Of a stretch of 52,459 nucleotides of DNA, positions 30,401 to 38,947 are shown one piece after another; position 1 is the stretch's first letter; every line of letters starts with the position of its first letter. Both the position numbers and the translations under genes were made by a program. The DNA comes from Gammaproteobacteria bacterium. Lineage in GTDB: Bacteria > Pseudomonadota > Gammaproteobacteria > BMS3Bbin11. The stretch covers positions 1-52,459 of the forward strand of contig BTQX01000001.1 in NCBI GenBank assembly GCA_036986095.1, given 5' to 3'. The notes beneath the pieces were generated by a model that made no database searches, was not told the DNA's origin, and worked only from the letters and a program-made list of their open reading frames with translations.

Positions 30401-30703
30401 AAGCCCCATAAAGCTCTGCCCGCGGACGAATTCAACATTTGGCGCCGCCAGCAATGTGGTCGTGAGCGGATAGGTGATCTGGTCTTCTACCAGATCCGGG
30501 CTGCGTCCCTGCCATTCGGTATAGATGATTACCTGCACATCTGAAAGGTCAGGGATCGCATCCAGCGGGGTGTTTGCCAGTGAACGATAACCCCAGAAGG
30601 CGGCGGCAGTAATGATCAGCAGGGTCAGTAGCGGGTTTAACGCGCAATAGCGGATCAGTCGCTCAATCGGGCCATTGTTGCGATCAGTGTTGTCATTTAC
30701 CAT
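27428..30703 (-). CDS. cusA: CusA/CzcA-family heavy-metal efflux RND transporter
   Basis: The 1091-aa product has 12-TM RND architecture with two large periplasmic loops. Heavy-metal-efflux (HME) type sequences are present throughout, and it follows the adaptor and outer membrane factor genes. Confidence 0.9.
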   Translation of the reverse strand: MVNDNTDRNNGPIERLIRYCALNPLLTLLIITAAAFWGYRSLANTPLDAIPDLSDVQVIIYTEWQGRSPDLVEDQITYPLTTTLLAAPNVEFVRGQSFMGLSFVYVIFKDGTDIYWARSRVLEYLNTAVAKLPKGVRPTLGPDATGVGWVFQYALVDKTGKQNLADLRSLQDFTLRYWLESVEGVAEVASIGGFSKEYQINIDPNKLVATGISLQKVAQAIRRSNNDVGGRVLEIAGHEQFIRGRGYIQSRADIEKISLGVSDSGIPITVRDIASVTLGPAMRRGIAELDGEGEAVGGIVIMRYGEDTLSVIERVKQRLEEVKEGLPEGVEVVITYDRSDLINRAIATLKSTLTEEMIVVSLVIIVFLLHFRSALIAILTLPIAILLSFIPMSAQGLTANIMSLGGIAVAIGAMVDASIVIIENIHKRLEAMYEGSDVSADKGLMKKRHRDVVIKAMQEVGPSIFFSLLIITVSFLPVFALEGTEGRLFKPLAYTKTYSMGFSALLAITFTPALAVLLIRGRIRGDRIPLNKWLVNFYTPVVHFAVRFRYLVISIAVLAMLVTIPVLTGLGSSLSPLSKIVPAYKGLGNEFMPPLNEGSILYMPTALPGMSITEAGKVLQSMDRQLMKFPEVERVFGKIGRSTSPTDPAPLSMVETVITLKPRDQWREGLTWDGLIAEMDEEMRYPGMPNIWWMPIQTRTEMLATGIRSALGIKVFGTDLASIEATAVAIEKALQGDDRTKAFTRSAFAERLTGGYFMDFEIDREQIARYGLTVGDVEDALMAAVGGLKVSETIEGRERYAINMRYARDFRDNPEALKRVLVPTPGGAQIPISQLAELKFLTGPPMLRNEDGQLVGFVFVDVKDIGIADYVNLARQVVNEKVNIPAGYRIAWAGQFKYFERARDKFKVLIPLTLFIVFFMLFLNRKSITEAIIILIAIPFSLVGAIWILYFLDYNLSVAVWVGMIALAGLDAEMGILMMLYLGLSYSQKKEAGQLRNREDLSKAIAEGAGQRIRPMLMTGMVLFLGLVPILWSDGTGADVMKRIAAPMVGGVISALLMVLVVFPAVFAVWRGCGMSHPGDSRNLLGLEFNQ

Positions 30704-32220
30704 TGGTCAAGTCCCGCCTTCAGTTTGCTTTCTGCCGCGATCAGGAAATTGCCGGAGGTCACCACCCGGTCACCGGGTTCCAGACCTTCCAGTACCTCTA
30801 TGACATCGTCATTCCGCCAGCCGGTTTTGATCTTACGCGGCTGCAGTCGTCCGTTACCGAGGTCAATAAACACAACGCGACTGGTACCTGCGTACAGCAC
30901 GGCACCTTCGGGAACGACCAGACGTTTGCCCAGATCAATATTCAGATGTACATGGGCATACATGTCGGGTTTCAGTAGACCTTCTTTGTTATCCAGCTCT
31001 ACGCGGATTTTTGCCGTACGGGTTCTTGCTTCCATGTAGGGATAGATATAAGCCACTTTCCCGGGCAAGTTTTTTCCTGGCAACTCGGGTAAAACAACCT
31101 CTACTTCCATGCCAACTTTAACCAGCGGTATTTCATACTCGTAGATCTCGCCTTCAACCCAGACGGTTGAGAGATCAGCAATGCGCATAAGTCTCTGGCC
31201 GACCTTGACTGCGCTACCGTCAACGATGGTTTTTTCAATAACAGTCCCACTGACCGGTGAGAGGATAGGGACATAATCCACAACGGATCCCCGTTTTTCC
31301 AGTTGGCGAATCTGCTGCCGGGTGATATCCCAGAGTGCCAGGCGCTTACGTGCCGCCTTTAGTAAGCTGTCATTTTTCCCTTTGCGATGACGCAGGGTTC
31401 CAAGATATTCCTGCTGGGCAGTGAGTAGCTCTGGGCTGTAAACAGTAAACAATGGCTGGCCGGCAGTCACCGTTACGCCGACAAAATCGGCATCCAGCTT
31501 TCCGATCCAGCCATTGAACTTGAGGGTAATATCAGTGAGTCGGGTTGCGTTGTAGGCTACGCGACCTGCAGCACGGATTGTTTGTGTCAGCACCTTTTCT
31601 TCTGCCAGACCTGTCGTGACGCCGATCAACTGGCGTCGACGGGCATCCATGCTGATACTGGCTGGATCTTTGTCTGCACTGGCTTCTCCGGTCTCCGGAA
31701 CGTCGCTTATGCTGGAGGCCGGGCGCGACATGTTGCTTGCGGTCGCGGAGCTCAGTCGAACACCGGCCCGACTTGTCGTCAGGTCGAATTCAAGTTGAGC
31801 ATTACCTGTACTGCTGGAGCTGATCCCCAGCGATAGCGGCCAGGCACCGTTCATAGGCAGTTCGAACACACCGGTATATACGCCTGTACCGGTGTGTTTC
31901 ATGGTCGCCGGGGCTGGCATCGCCTGCATGGAACCCATCGCCGGCATTTCTGCCAATGCGTTTATTTGTGCATCTGTAACCGGCTGGTTATCTTTGTCTC
32001 GTAGAGTGATTATCAGCGTGTTATCACCGACTGCCGCCTGTTCAGGGTCGAGCTCAACATATACCTTGAACGGGCCGGCATAGTGGGCTCTGCTTTCATC
32101 AGGCAGGCTGTCCTCTGTGGCAGTCTCATTCTGTGGCAGCCAGAAATAGATTGCAGAAAAGAAAGCAAGGACAACAGCAAATATTAGGATTATTCGATAT
32201 CTATTGTTTGACTGTTTCAT
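30697..32220 (-). CDS. cusB: RND periplasmic adaptor (CusB-like) with an N-terminal FixH/YtkA-like domain
   Basis: The 507-aa product has a TM anchor. A beta-sandwich segment carries a Met-rich loop (AEMPAMGSMQAMPAPATM). The remainder is an HlyD/CusB-type barrel-sandwich and beta-barrel region. It overlaps both neighbouring genes. Confidence 0.8.
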   Translation of the reverse strand: MKQSNNRYRIILIFAVVLAFFSAIYFWLPQNETATEDSLPDESRAHYAGPFKVYVELDPEQAAVGDNTLIITLRDKDNQPVTDAQINALAEMPAMGSMQAMPAPATMKHTGTGVYTGVFELPMNGAWPLSLGISSSSTGNAQLEFDLTTSRAGVRLSSATASNMSRPASSISDVPETGEASADKDPASISMDARRRQLIGVTTGLAEEKVLTQTIRAAGRVAYNATRLTDITLKFNGWIGKLDADFVGVTVTAGQPLFTVYSPELLTAQQEYLGTLRHRKGKNDSLLKAARKRLALWDITRQQIRQLEKRGSVVDYVPILSPVSGTVIEKTIVDGSAVKVGQRLMRIADLSTVWVEGEIYEYEIPLVKVGMEVEVVLPELPGKNLPGKVAYIYPYMEARTRTAKIRVELDNKEGLLKPDMYAHVHLNIDLGKRLVVPEGAVLYAGTSRVVFIDLGNGRLQPRKIKTGWRNDDVIEVLEGLEPGDRVVTSGNFLIAAESKLKAGLDQW

Positions 32221-33593
32221 TTTGATTTACTCATGTTTTGTTTTTTCATGTTTGATTCACCATTCAATCTTTCATCTCCAGGATCGGATAGCGTGAGATC
32301 ACCAGCCACCAGGCTGGGATCACCGACATGCTTACTCAACAATGCCAGCTGCTGGTGATAGTCTCTCTGTGCTTTGACATAGCTCAACCGGGTCTGGAAA
32401 AGATTTTTTTCTGCACTGACCAGATCCAGAAAACCGCCGGCTCCGGATTGATAATCTGCTTTGGCAGCCAGCAGGTTCTCCTCAGCCAGGGTGAGAAGTT
32501 TGCTTTCATACAGTTTTAAAACATGTCGACTTTCTTCAACGTTGTTATAACTGCGTTGTACGGCACCGGCGATCTCTGCCTGCTTGTCGGCGATCTGGAA
32601 TGTGTTTTGCTGGCTGCGGGCCCGTTGCTCACTGACTTTTGCGTCGCGTTTGCCCTGTAACAGTGGAATATTGATGCCTACGCCTATGGTGAATCGCTTT
32701 TCATCCTGATTCCACAGGCTGTTGTAGCCGGCGTTGACGTTAAAGTCTGGGTAGTACTCGCGTTCAGCCAGTTTTAGGCGTGCATCACTGGCCTGGTTGC
32801 GGGCAATCAGCGCTTTCAATGCAGGGTGTGTCTCAAGAGCCATTTTTCGTAACTGCTCTACATCCGGCAGCTCTCTGATTTCGGGCAAAGCGGCCGGCGG
32901 TGGAACAGGCGTATCCGGTGTCCTGTTAAGCAATGTGTTGATCTGAGCCAGTATGTTTTGTTGTTTCCGGTTCAGTACAATTGCCTGATGCTCCAGCCGG
33001 GCCTGTTCAACCTCTGCACGCAGGACATCCTGTTGACTGGCCTGACCCGTACCGTACTTAACTTCGGCGATGTCATGAAACTCCTGCCACAGATCCTGAT
33101 TAATCCGGTTGATCCACACTGCTTCATGAATTGAATACCAGTCAGCAAAATATTTCGCAGAGGTCTCAATCAATTGCAGTCGTAAAAATAAAACGTTTTC
33201 CTGACTGGCGTTGGCTTCAAGTCGTGCGCTGTCGCCTCGTAAAGCACGCTTGCCCGGCCACGGTAATTTTTGTGACAGCATCATCTTCTGACCAAAATCC
33301 AGATCATTCTGGTCGATGGTTGATGGTGCAAAGGAGTATGACAACATGGGATCATCCAGTGCAGTGGCCTGGTCAACACGGCTCTCCGCTGCCTGCCGCG
33401 CCGATTGCATGGCCTCGATAGATGGATTGCTTGCCAGCACTGCCTGAATCAGCTGCTTCTCAGCAAGCTGGTCGCCACGAAATAATGCATGCTGATTTGC
33501 TGACGCGATGGCAGTAAATAGCAGCAGGATGCATGTTATAAACAGTCCTCCGGATATTTTATTCCGAAGTCTGGTAGTTGGTTCTTGAAACAC
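32217..33593 (-). CDS. cusC: TolC-family outer membrane efflux protein (CusC-like)
   Basis: The 458-aa product has two OEP-repeat halves with coiled-coil heptads, and it is the first pump gene in the operon. Confidence 0.8.
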   Translation of the reverse strand: MFQEPTTRLRNKISGGLFITCILLLFTAIASANQHALFRGDQLAEKQLIQAVLASNPSIEAMQSARQAAESRVDQATALDDPMLSYSFAPSTIDQNDLDFGQKMMLSQKLPWPGKRALRGDSARLEANASQENVLFLRLQLIETSAKYFADWYSIHEAVWINRINQDLWQEFHDIAEVKYGTGQASQQDVLRAEVEQARLEHQAIVLNRKQQNILAQINTLLNRTPDTPVPPPAALPEIRELPDVEQLRKMALETHPALKALIARNQASDARLKLAEREYYPDFNVNAGYNSLWNQDEKRFTIGVGINIPLLQGKRDAKVSEQRARSQQNTFQIADKQAEIAGAVQRSYNNVEESRHVLKLYESKLLTLAEENLLAAKADYQSGAGGFLDLVSAEKNLFQTRLSYVKAQRDYHQQLALLSKHVGDPSLVAGDLTLSDPGDERLNGESNMKKQNMSKSK

Positions 33594-33674
33594 GGTACAC
33601 CTCTCAAATTACAATGAAACAAAAGACACAACGGAATTAACCGTTGTAATCATGTCGATGTGATCGAGTGGTGT

Positions 33675-34133
33675 TTAAATACGGAAGCGTTGAGTTACAA
33701 GATAGGTGGCAGGGCCGTATGATGGCAGGAGTGAAGAGGGGCTAACTCTGCTTAACCAGTTAGAAATGCCTGATGTGGGCGCGGGTGTCTGAATGATAGC
33801 CGTGGGTGCTGGAGGAGGTCGTGGAGCAGCCAGTAAGGCCACCTGAAGGTTCTGATACGAGTCTGCTGCTGCCAGATCCTGTATTCCGACGATGATCTGG
33901 GTACTGACTTCACAGCATCCATTAGATAACACACTGTCGTTATCTGTCATCTCGCAGCTACCTCCTACGAGGCAACCCTTGCTCATATCCGCATCGCAGC
34001 AGCATGTGGTTTGCGGGCCACTGTCCAGAAGCTCACAGGCAAACAGAACTTCTGACTGCATAATCAGGCTACCAAATAGAACAACTAGCCAGAGGTGTTT
34101 GTGCAGGAAATGTCGACGAAGTTTATTTAGCAT
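33675..34133 (-). CDS. Cys-rich small exported or membrane-anchored protein heading the cus operon, family not recognised
   Basis: The 152-aa product has an N-terminal hydrophobic segment. Ten Cys fall within about 45 residues (ACELLDSGPQTTCCCDADMSKGCLVGGSCEMTDNDSVLSNGCCEV), followed by a Pro-rich tail. It lies 81 bp upstream of the outer membrane factor gene on the same strand. Confidence 0.5.
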   Translation of the reverse strand: MLNKLRRHFLHKHLWLVVLFGSLIMQSEVLFACELLDSGPQTTCCCDADMSKGCLVGGSCEMTDNDSVLSNGCCEVSTQIIVGIQDLAAADSYQNLQVALLAAPRPPPAPTAIIQTPAPTSGISNWLSRVSPSSLLPSYGPATYLVTQRFRI

Positions 34134-34214
34134 GCCTGTAAGTGTTGTTGTGACATCAGTATGAATTATTTAGTGTTGCAATATAGCGTATAGCGGGTTA
34201 GAGCAGCACTCTAG

Positions 34215-34457
34215 TAAAAAGTTTCGTGTCGCAGAAATACAGTGCCCCTTGATGCAGTGATGCACGCCTACAGTTTTATGAGCAATCACTGTTATCTGCT
34301 TATAGAGACGCCAAAAGCTAACTTAAACCGTATCATGCAGCATATAAATGGTTTATATACACAAGGTTATAACCGAAAGTGTAAAAGAGGGGGTACGCTC
34401 TATGATGAGTTACTTTGCGTTTGCTTATCTAAGTCCTTGTTCTTATTGTATTTATAG
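34215..34457 (+). pseudogene. REP-associated tyrosine transposase (RAYT / Y1 IS200-like) fragment
   Basis: HAYSFMSNHCYLLIETPKANLNRIMQHINGLYTQGYNRKCKRGGTLY matches the RAYT core (AYCLMSNHYHLLLETP..NLS..M..LNG.YTQ.FNR...R.GHLFQGR). The HUH motif is degraded (HCY), and both the N-terminal part and the catalytic-Tyr C-terminal part are missing. Confidence 0.7.
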
Positions 34458-34474
34458 GCTATATCACCTATTCT

Positions 34475-35428
34475 GTGTACATGTCAGACCGTCTCACATG
34501 GCCTACCGAGTCAGCCACACCCGTCGCTACTGAAGCGAAGTGGTGCCATGCCGGCTCCAATCTCAGCCTGGACTTCCACGGTGACCCCATTGCCGCTAAT
34601 CTGGTGGTGTTCTCGGATGGCAACCACCATATGGCGTTGGAACCTGCCCTGCAAAGCTTTGTTGCCAGTCATCCTGAGGTGAAGGATATATTTTATGCCA
34701 CCACGCCGCCGGGTGTGCTGGTAAATTACCTCGAACAGGGGCAGCTAGCCCTGGGTAATCTGGTTTTATCACAGCAGCCACATGTGTTCATCAGCCCGCC
34801 GGGTATTTTGGACAAGTTGCAACAACTCGGACATATTCAATCGCATCTTGCGTTTATGCAAAGTCGGGGCAATGTGTTGCTGGTGCGCAAGGGCAACCCG
34901 AAGAACATTCATGACATTAAGGACCTGTTGCGTGATGATGTACGTTTATTTACATCCAATCCCGAAACTGAAACCGCCAGTTATGATGTTTATCGCCAAA
35001 CTTTACTGGGTTTTGCGGATGAGCAGGGTATTGCGCAACAGGATCTGCTAAGTCGACTTGAAGACACTGCTATGATGGTGTTTGGAGAATGCATTCACCA
35101 TCGTGAAGCACCGCAATGCTTATATGAAAACAAAGCTGATGTTACTATGTTGTACTACCACCTGGCATTACGTTACACACGCATCTTTCCTGAATCCTTT
35201 GAGATCGTTTATCTTGATGAGCTGGAGCAAGATAAACCGGCTACCTGTAATATCACAACAACTTACCATATTGGACTGATTGGGGATGGCGGGAAATGGG
35301 GGCAGGCCTTTGTTGATTTTATGCTGGGCGATCTGGTTGCGAATATTTATGCTAAACATGGTTTGGGAATTTATCGAAAAAAAAACGCCACTTGCGGGGT
35401 AACAAGTGACGTAGTAACAACAAAATAA
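34475..35428 (+). CDS. Periplasmic-binding-protein type 2 fold (ModA/sulfate-binding-like) protein without an obvious signal peptide
   Basis: The 317-aa product has the ...NLVVFSDGNHHMALEPAL..F pattern and alternating beta-alpha segments reminiscent of molybdate/anion-binding proteins. This is a weak call made by eye. Confidence 0.3.
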   Translation: MYMSDRLTWPTESATPVATEAKWCHAGSNLSLDFHGDPIAANLVVFSDGNHHMALEPALQSFVASHPEVKDIFYATTPPGVLVNYLEQGQLALGNLVLSQQPHVFISPPGILDKLQQLGHIQSHLAFMQSRGNVLLVRKGNPKNIHDIKDLLRDDVRLFTSNPETETASYDVYRQTLLGFADEQGIAQQDLLSRLEDTAMMVFGECIHHREAPQCLYENKADVTMLYYHLALRYTRIFPESFEIVYLDELEQDKPATCNITTTYHIGLIGDGGKWGQAFVDFMLGDLVANIYAKHGLGIYRKKNATCGVTSDVVTTK

Positions 35429-35440
35429 AGAGGTTTATTA

Positions 35441-37828
35441 TTATTTAAAAGTTATAAACATTGCAGATGTCCACACTTTCCCATCGTCCACTTGCCGACC
35501 TGCAAGATAAACAGGGCGAAAGCCATGCGGGCCATTTTTTGCATCAACTTCAAACGAGCCACTTACTTCACGTGGCATGGCCGTATCACTTAATCGCTCA
35601 AGCGCCAAAAACAACCCAATTCCGCCTAGTTCCCTGTGCAATGCGCCACCTTCAAGTAATTCTTTGCCGGTAATTTCCCATTCGAATGTTGGACAATGAA
35701 CAAAAGGATTTCCATCAAGCGGGTTACCTACTTTTACGTAGCCGTCAATCGTACCTTCAACTTTAATGGTGCAGTTTTCAAGATTACTGACATCGATATC
35801 GATTGCATCGGCATCACCGTATGTATCCGAGCGAAAACGAATTGCCGTTGCAGAGGCGCGGCCACAGGTTTCTTCACTGTGCTCAAAACCGTGAGCGCTG
35901 AAGCTATTTATGACGCCGTTGGTTATGGTTATGGTGCCTTTCCAGTCGGCCCATCTATAGCGATCTTTAATCCTCGCGCCGCCCCAGCGTAAACGGATGC
36001 GACGTTCGGAATGGCCCGCTTCCTGCTGTAGATTTCGTGACCAGAATGGCCCATCGTGGTCATAGGCGACAATTTCATCCCAACCCATATCACCTAAAAA
36101 GCGGTAATTAATTTTAGCTTTGCCATTATGTTTGAATTCATCGCCCTGAATATTATTGCCACAGCTGGTAAGCCCGACCAAACGTTCACCTGTGGTTGCC
36201 CAGGTATGACGTGCGCGGACCGCCTCACCGACTGTTTTACGATCCAGTTTATTCGCTAGAATCCCGGTTACACCACCTTTGGTACCAAACACAGCCGTGC
36301 CCGGGACACCGCCACCGCAGCGGCCGCGATGTTCATCACCATTGGCAGATGCACCGAGTTTATAACCGCGCTTCATGACGTCTTCATATAACCACGGGAA
36401 ATGTCCCCACGCCGATTCGATTTCAATCAGGCGTTCGAGCACCGGGTGATTCCAGTCCATAATGCAACGGCGGCCACCCACATGTGGCATTAACAAGTGG
36501 CCTTCAGGGTCATCAATATAGGTTGCCCATAATTCTTCGAGTGGCCATGTGCCGGGCTGAATCGTGTCACCTTCCATGTCTTCGTTCCACTCGAACGAAC
36601 GAACCACGTTGCCATTTTCATCGAATGGGAAGCGTGGGGTGCTGTCGCGCAAAAAGACAACATTGTGATCACCACCGGCACAGGAGTTGCCACACCATTC
36701 AGTGCCTGGATAACAGACGAATTCTCCATCTTTGTTGAGCTTACTAATTAACTCAACCGCTGTGTCCCAGCGTGCTTTGGTAATTTGAAAATCATTTGCG
36801 GTGTAGCCCAGTATATCCAGGCCGGCAATGTCGCGGCCGTAAGTCAGATTGTATACGGTGCTATTAGTGCCAACGGTGTCATCTGAATGTACGTGCAGGT
36901 CACCATAATAACTGCGCGGATAGGCCAGTGACTTATCAATAGTAATATAAAATACAGCTGCAGGAACCTGTGGATGATTTACCATTGTTGCGGTGATTAC
37001 TAACTCACCTTCGGTATCGGTAGGCAAGTCAGTCATTTTTGCGACAGCCCAGCCATCATCTGCCAGGTTTAGTGTTTTTTCATACACCTGTTTGCCATTC
37101 ATGCTGCCGACTATGTGCACCGTTTCGGCTGACATCATCCAGCAGGTATTGCCCCAGTTATCTTCTGCGCGGACACGTAGCGGTACGGCTTCACCCTGCT
37201 TAACCAGACGCGAACCGGCCATTACTAATTGTGAAGGGGCGCCGGGAACAATATCAAATTCGATATCGCCGGGTATGTCACAAAAACGAGAGGTGCCCAG
37301 TGGATCGATATAGCAACGGAAGCGAAAACCTTTTTCAACAAAGGTTTGAATACGTGTGCCGGGGCCGCCATAACGACGGTCGCCGAGGCGAATAATAATA
37401 TGGTCGCCCGGTTTCACATAACCGTCGACTGTATCGACAATAACCGCCTTTTGAAATGGCCGCTCATGACCTTTTTGATCAAATCGAACTTTTAAAGACT
37501 GTACGGTTGCCGGGCTTTGTCCATCAGCACACGGACCGGCCTGATATTCTGCTGATACATAATCCGCATTGCTTGGCTCCGTAGTCTGAAACAACGCCCA
37601 GTCCGAGTAAAATTTAAAGGTTGCCTTTAGCCATGCCCCATCGGCAATACCTGATGCACCCACTTCATAATCTAAAACTATTTCCTGCCAACTACCCGCT
37701 TCAAGTTGATCAATGTGGCAAGTCACTTTGCCGAGAAAACGCATATCTTTTGTTTTTGAATATAGACCCTCAGGTGCCGTGTATTCACCCAGTACTTTTT
37801 TTAGTTCGGCATCCGACATTTTTTTCAT
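35441..37828 (-). CDS. Large PHP-superfamily-like metal-dependent hydrolase (DUF3604 / CehA-McbA-like) with a roughly 300-aa N-terminal beta-rich extension
   Basis: The 795-aa product has no signal peptide. YYGDLHVHSDDTVGTNS is the PHP-type H-x-H metal motif. Further His/Asp/Cys-rich segments follow (GTEWCGNSCAGGDHNVVF, PHVGGRR, ANGDEHRGRCGGG). It is the last gene of the ABC transporter operon. Confidence 0.5.
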   Translation of the reverse strand: MKKMSDAELKKVLGEYTAPEGLYSKTKDMRFLGKVTCHIDQLEAGSWQEIVLDYEVGASGIADGAWLKATFKFYSDWALFQTTEPSNADYVSAEYQAGPCADGQSPATVQSLKVRFDQKGHERPFQKAVIVDTVDGYVKPGDHIIIRLGDRRYGGPGTRIQTFVEKGFRFRCYIDPLGTSRFCDIPGDIEFDIVPGAPSQLVMAGSRLVKQGEAVPLRVRAEDNWGNTCWMMSAETVHIVGSMNGKQVYEKTLNLADDGWAVAKMTDLPTDTEGELVITATMVNHPQVPAAVFYITIDKSLAYPRSYYGDLHVHSDDTVGTNSTVYNLTYGRDIAGLDILGYTANDFQITKARWDTAVELISKLNKDGEFVCYPGTEWCGNSCAGGDHNVVFLRDSTPRFPFDENGNVVRSFEWNEDMEGDTIQPGTWPLEELWATYIDDPEGHLLMPHVGGRRCIMDWNHPVLERLIEIESAWGHFPWLYEDVMKRGYKLGASANGDEHRGRCGGGVPGTAVFGTKGGVTGILANKLDRKTVGEAVRARHTWATTGERLVGLTSCGNNIQGDEFKHNGKAKINYRFLGDMGWDEIVAYDHDGPFWSRNLQQEAGHSERRIRLRWGGARIKDRYRWADWKGTITITNGVINSFSAHGFEHSEETCGRASATAIRFRSDTYGDADAIDIDVSNLENCTIKVEGTIDGYVKVGNPLDGNPFVHCPTFEWEITGKELLEGGALHRELGGIGLFLALERLSDTAMPREVSGSFEVDAKNGPHGFRPVYLAGRQVDDGKVWTSAMFITFK

Positions 37829-37896
37829 AATTACCAGCCTTTAATTTATTGTTACAGGATTTATTAATTTATTATCAAGTACATTTGAAAAGACAC

Positions 37897-38874
37897 TTAT
37901 TCCAGACGCCATACTTCATAACGTTTTTCAATCGGGCGGAACAAGGTGCGTTCAAACAAATATGAAAAGAATCCAATCAGGGTAATGCCCAGCAATACCA
38001 GACGTGAATTTCCAACTTCACCGGCGGTTTGTACCATATAACCCAGACCAACCGCTGCCCCGATCATTTCTGCGGCAACCAGTGCACGCCATGCCTGACT
38101 AAAGCCGATACGTAGTGCAGCGGTAACAAACGGTAAACTTGCCGGTAAATATACGTACAGGAATAATTGCCACCTTCTTGCACCCAGCACGCGCGCGGCG
38201 CGTACTTCCTGGCCCTGGATTTGTAGCACGCCCTCCATGATGGTCAAGAGCATTGGGTTAACAGCAGATATAAAAATTACAATAACGATCGTCGTATAAC
38301 CCAGACCAAAGATAATTACCATCAACGGTGCCCATGCAATTGGCGGTATCGCCATAAACAAACCGTTGAGTGGTACGATGTATTCTCTGAAGCCTTTAAA
38401 AAAACCTGCCAGAAAACCACCTATCACGGAGAAAATAATGGCGGCACCAAAACCGCCAACGACTTCAAGCAAGCTCCATCCTATATGTGGCCAGAGTTCA
38501 CCGCGAAATAAATGTGCAAAGGCTTTGTGCACTTCACCCTGAGACATGAATTTCCAGAAAGAGGGCCATTCGGATTCGGGGATCTGTATGATCTCACCGT
38601 CATCATTCATGTACTCAGTTACCGTCGGGAACATCATTTCATTCCAGGCTTCATCTGCCACTTCCCAGGGCTGTGGAAGAATATACGATTCAAACGGAAT
38701 AGCGACCAACATCCAGACTAAAAGCAAGGATGGCAGAGAAACCCATGACCATGATGCATTCACGCGAATAAAATTAATCCATCCCTGGAATACGGAATCT
38801 TCTGTCTCTTGATTAGTCTCTTGATTAGTCTCTTGATTAGTCTCTTGATTCATTTCCATCGCTGGCACACCCAT
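37897..38874 (-). CDS. ABC transporter permease (NitT/TauT family) with an N-terminal (NQET)4 repeat
   Basis: It has six TM helices and an EAA-like loop (ARVLGARRWQLFLYVYLPASLP). I trimmed the start to the ATG at 38874 (GGAG 8 nt upstream), because the longer ORF would run through the terminator hairpin. Confidence 0.8.
   Translation of the reverse strand: MGVPAMEMNQETNQETNQETNQETEDSVFQGWINFIRVNASWSWVSLPSLLLVWMLVAIPFESYILPQPWEVADEAWNEMMFPTVTEYMNDDGEIIQIPESEWPSFWKFMSQGEVHKAFAHLFRGELWPHIGWSLLEVVGGFGAAIIFSVIGGFLAGFFKGFREYIVPLNGLFMAIPPIAWAPLMVIIFGLGYTTIVIVIFISAVNPMLLTIMEGVLQIQGQEVRAARVLGARRWQLFLYVYLPASLPFVTAALRIGFSQAWRALVAAEMIGAAVGLGYMVQTAGEVGNSRLVLLGITLIGFFSYLFERTLFRPIEKRYEVWRLE
38804..38851. 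repeat. Four tandem 12-bp repeats (GTCTCTTGATTA) encoding NQET x4
   Basis: Three copies are perfect and the fourth differs at its last base. The array is in frame within the 5' end of the permease gene. Confidence 0.95.
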
Positions 38875-38904
38875 ACCGGAACTCCAAAATATGCTTTTTC
38901 TGTC

Positions 38905-38942
38905 AAAATAAAAAAAGGACAACCCGCAAACGGGTTGTCCTT
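38905..38942 (-). terminator. Rho-independent terminator or attenuator between the binding-protein and permease genes
   Basis: On the minus strand it reads AAGGACAACCCG-TTTG-CGGGTTGTCCTT followed by TTTTTTTATTTT. It has a 12-bp perfect stem and starts 6 nt after the stop at 38948. Confidence 0.7.
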
Positions 38943-38947
38943 ACCAC

